Of a stretch of DNA of 64,000 nt, positions 60,101-64,000 are shown piece by piece; the stretch's first letter is position 1; every line of letters starts with the position of its first letter. The position numbers and the translations under genes were made by a program. The stretch comes from Zygnema circumcarinatum SAG 698-1b (Eukaryota > Plantae > Zygnematophyceae): the NCBI GenBank assembly GCA_037447605.1, contig CM074817.1, positions 434,001 to 498,000 of the forward strand. Direction: 5' to 3'. The notes below the pieces were generated by a model that saw only the letters and a program-made list of their open reading frames with translations, searched no databases and was not told the origin of the DNA.

Positions 60101-62837
60101 TTTATCGAATTCGAATGGAAGCTCTGAGAGATGCTAGCTTAGGAGGGACAGTTGTGTGGACTTGTGCATAGTGTCTCCTATGTTTTTCTTGACCTAATTT
60201 GTCTCTGTTTATGTGATCAGGGACTTAAGACTCCTAGAAGCTATACAGGCTTGCAGACCACTCTAAATGTGTTTCTGCTACTCGCTCCCAGTTGTGTGGG
60301 ATGGTGTGTTCTGATTGAATCGTACTGTTCGTACTGTTTCTACAGGTATGACGTGATTGAGAATGATTTACTTGGATCGTTGGAACTTACAAGCCACCAT
60401 ATCGCTCCTTACAAGAGCCAGGGCTATGTACGAGCAGCTGAAATCGCAGAAAGTGAATTGGATAAGAGGCTTTCCCAGCACTCACCGGTAGTCACGATCG
60501 ATCGGCAGCACATTCCTTCTCATATGGATGGTGCAGGACCATCTTTGCAAAACCTCGGGACCGTGGAAGACGCACGACAGTTCAATGAAGCAGGTGAGGC
60601 AATAAGCAGCCCATCCGTCGTCCTACGCAGGTCTAAGACCTCTCATGAGTTTTCCCGAGTTACACCCGACAGAGGTTCTCCACAAATACGTGTAGCGCAG
60701 TTTGGTTATCTCCAGCTGCTTCCAAGCCTTCCAATCCTTTCATGGGAAGCTGCAGTGACACTGTGTGCCAACGAGCTGCTATCAACAGATTATGCTGCAC
60801 ATCACTCGTAGGCAGGTTGAGCACGCATTAGCTCATACAGTGTATCTGTTCGTACGATGGTGCAGGGGATTCTGCCATGTGCCACGCATAATGTACCACG
60901 GAAACAAATTTCCACTCCCACTGTTCTTCAAAGTGTCAAATTTGGAGGTCATCTTAGTGCCAGGGGAGAACCAGTCTAGGACGGTTATTTTAACGTGTAT
61001 GCCGCCGGTTGAAACCATTGCCACTAGCCTTGTACAGATTTGTACGGATTGCATCAGGTCATTTCACAAAGCATGTCTGCGGATGTAGTTGTCAATGAAG
61101 AAGACCACTTTGTACCAATTTTGAGCAATGGGGAGCTCTTAGAATCTCTCTAGCTGGAGTGTCTCTGACACTGCATCTGGCTCGTTGAAGCGAAGAAGCA
61201 GCTATAGTGAGCTTAAACAGAGCTCATAGCGGTTGTAACCCTTCCTCTGAGCGACTCACTTTTCAGATAGTGCCGGGATTTCTTGGAAGAGGCTGTGATT
61301 ATACGCTGCAGGAGTAGTGTCGCAAGCTTGATTTTTCCAGCTTTGTAAATACGTGCTGTAGAAACAGCCAAATCAACTAACTGTATTCTGGTTTCCAAGA
61401 GTGTCTATGCTAAACATCTCTGGAGAAGAGACGTAACTTGCAGCAGCAGTCTTGGCTTAAAGTTAAAGATGATGTTGCCTCTGTACCTCCGTGCTTGAGT
61501 TTTGGCGTGCCTGTGGTTGGAGGTTACCTTGTCAGTAAAATCTGGCTTCATTGGCATTCATCCTTGCAGAACTTCCTATTGTTCTTCCTGCTCACTGCTG
61601 ACAATATCACACTTTCCATGTTATTGAAGTTGGAGGCCTGAAGCCGTCAATATACATTACACATTTAAGTGATTGTTTGCGTTGTTGTCATTCAGCATCC
61701 GAAGCAATTTTTGCTTCGTTTTCTATTGTTGCTGGCTCAATGGTATAAAGCTGCGTGATACTCTTGCTGCAGTGCTAACAAGGGTGAGGTGGCTGTTTCC
61801 CGGTCCATTGTGGACCCGTGGCTTTCGCTTGTGTTCTAGCAGCTGTACAACCAAGGAAGTGATATGCATCTCAGGCCGCTGTGGGGGTTGGGGTGGGCAG
61901 GGTTGAAGCCGACAGAGAGTGAAGGCTCGGAGGATGTCCAAGAAACAGAAACCAACTTGAGGAGTAGTGAAGATTCTGCTGGTCTGCGGCCTGGTGCTGG
62001 TTGGAATTCGGTCAATGGTGGGAGACAACAGGAGAGGTACCCGGGAGATCATTTGCCGCGAGAGAGGGGCTTGAAACGTCCAGCTGTTGACGGCAGTTTC
62101 ACCTCAGCTCCTCATTCAAAACGGGAAACATTGTTAAACCAACCTTTTAGCAGGAGAGAAGCAGTTCGTGCGGAAGCAGTTGAAGCAGGAGAATCATCGG
62201 CAAAACACCGTGGCGACCAGGATTTTGCACAGAGCGACGCTGTTTCACTCAATGGAAACTATCTGGAAGTGGAGCCTGGAGTGGCTGTCGTGGAGACATG
62301 CACAGGGGCAGGACCTCTGAGAGATGGGTTTCTGAACTGTGGAAGAGATTCAAAGTGGAGTGGTTCTCTAGCTAGTTGGCAAGTAAAAGTTGACAGCAAA
62401 GGTAGGGAATGGGAGCCCTCTGTTGAACTTCTGGAAGAACGTCAAGTTCTTGAAAGACAACCCGTTGGTGATGGAGATGGGATAATCGGCTCTCCTATTT
62501 GCCCGGTGTGCTGTGTGGAGTTTGGTCTCCATGCCAGCAATGATACCATCAATGACCATATCGATCAGGTGTGGCAACGCCTCACGCCTTCACAGTTTGT
62601 CTCGAATCATTGGCTAACCTTGACACCAATATCTGGATTATGTTTAGTTTTAAGTAGCAGCTTCCTGCGGCTGTCAGTCGAGCAATTTTTCCTTTTGGAA
62701 GCATCCGACTGTGGAGGACAGGATCGCTGAACTGCAGGTTGGGCCGTTTTGCTCAGTGAATTGGTATCTCTCCATTGAATTGCCCAACACTTCTCCCTTA
62801 TCTTTGTCCTGTGCAGTGCCTTGCCAATACTACGTGA
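57114..62837 (+). CDS. ARI: ARIADNE-type RBR E3 ubiquitin ligase (ARI1/2-like); 3' extension to a UBZ-like finger is tentative
   Basis: Acidic N-terminus, RING1 CRIC...CGHSFCNTC|W...CMEEKC, IBR KWCPSVPHC...CACGQQFCFNC...HSPC, RING2 TKPCPKCQKPVEKNGGCNLVGCICGQAF|CWLC...HSC, and Ariadne domain RYIHYHSRWKAH...NLFEDQQQQLE. Well supported to 60593. Exons 61901-62568 and 62817-62837 are phase-compatible but unproven. Confidence 0.9.
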
Positions 62838-64000
62838 TTTTCCGTCCGAACTTGAACACATCTATCCGCACGGAAGGAGGCACATCAGTTTTGATGCCCG
62901 CGGTGCTGATCCAACATAGCGAGACTCTCCGTGTGGATTATCTCATGCGCACGGGTTAGGTTTTGACAATAATCAGCGTCACCTAACTGACGAATGGAAG
63001 TGATTTATGGACTGCAATTAAATGGAATCAGTCGGCCCCGAGAACTTCAAGGTGTAGATTTGCTGGACGTTTCGTGGTACCGACTTTGGGTTACGCTACT
63101 ATTCAATTTCTTGTACATGACAGACAAGCAATTGAGTAGTTTTTTTTAGCTTTGGGATCGTGGAAGGCCAGTCCGCCTGCAGACAGAGGAGAGTGTCCTT
63201 GAACAAGTGGTGGCGAGGAGTCACCCACTTGTTGAGGTACTGCAAGTAGGTGCGCTGCGGATGCACGAGCATCAACAGGGACTAGCTGGGTCTGTGCCCT
63301 GGAAAACTTGGATGATTCAGACGTGCAATAAGTCTGCCCCAGATGCAGCCGGATGAGTCGGAGTACTTTGGCTGAATGGGAGAAGATAGCGCCCTTTTTG
63401 ATAGGAGCGGTGCCCCACGCGATTCTTCTGCTGACCCTGAAGTGGGGATTCGGCTCCTGCACCAGAAGAATGGGGTGGCTGCTGCTTGCAGTGGTATATC
63501 AGCGACCTCTGGAAGAAGGAAAGGCGACAGCTTTCTCAAAAGCTGTTCTAGTGCCATTGTAAAGTTGTTTGGTTTTTATGCATAATACATTCCCTCAGCT
63601 GTTTGAAGATGGATGCTGTCGAGGTTTGTCCCTGTTCTAAGGGCCAAGGTGCGCTTTTTGGAGAAAATCCCCAAATTCCGAGTCAGGACTATCCGATATG
63701 GGCAAGACACAGCCATGAAACCTCCATTTGTTGCATGAGATGCCTGAAAAAAACGGCGCTGCATTTCACCCCTGGGAGGCTGTTCTCGCCAGTATGGGGA
63801 CGAGGCAATTAGGAGGTGTGTGGCTCATGACACAGGAAGCTACACTTGCGACAACAAGGAAGTGCTCGCTCGCCCGCTGCCTTTTGTGGGGGGAGTCAGT
63901 CTTGTGGGCCCTGTGGTTCTCTACTTTCTCGTCTAATACTACACTACTGCGCGCTGTGTTGGCGCATGAGCTGCCTGGCTGCCTGTCTATTCGAATCCAT

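Noticed and set aside
62900-64000. Short ORFs of 60-120 aa after the UBZ exon
   Set aside because: No motifs and inconsistent frames; probably 3' UTR or intergenic sequence.

Overview
Eukaryotic nuclear DNA from a gene-dense, intron-rich green plant lineage. A streptophyte alga or early-diverging land plant is my inference from plant-type orthologues and TTTAGGG motifs; the species cannot be determined. The window has four N gaps (2624-2633, 3246-3345, 6429-6438, 45746-45755). Recognisable spliced genes in order: F-box protein (partial, runs off the left edge), WD40 protein, a putative membrane protein with an NFKBIL1-like HPDKF C-terminus, an intronless orphan ORF, PM-ANT1-like ADP/ATP carrier, GIP1/DUF1296 protein, ACINUS, TFIIE beta, dienelactone hydrolase, cytosolic SHMT, plastid NAD-MDH, Nu/Ure2p-like GST (5' end missing), CDC20, PEX11 and an ARIADNE RBR ligase that may carry a C-terminal UBZ-like finger. 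Transposon-derived blocks lie at about 2.0-6.9 kb and 55.2-56.6 kb. The first contains a MULE/FAR1-type fragment, a TA-flanked MITE nested in a duplicated repeat and a decayed CRE-like non-LTR reverse transcriptase. The most unexplained structure is a dispersed ~70-120 bp repeat (9 full or partial copies) whose core is a GATGGC-loop-GCCATC hairpin followed by GTGAG(A/T)TCAAT. All exon boundaries were read by eye and homology calls are from memory of the families; no searches were run.
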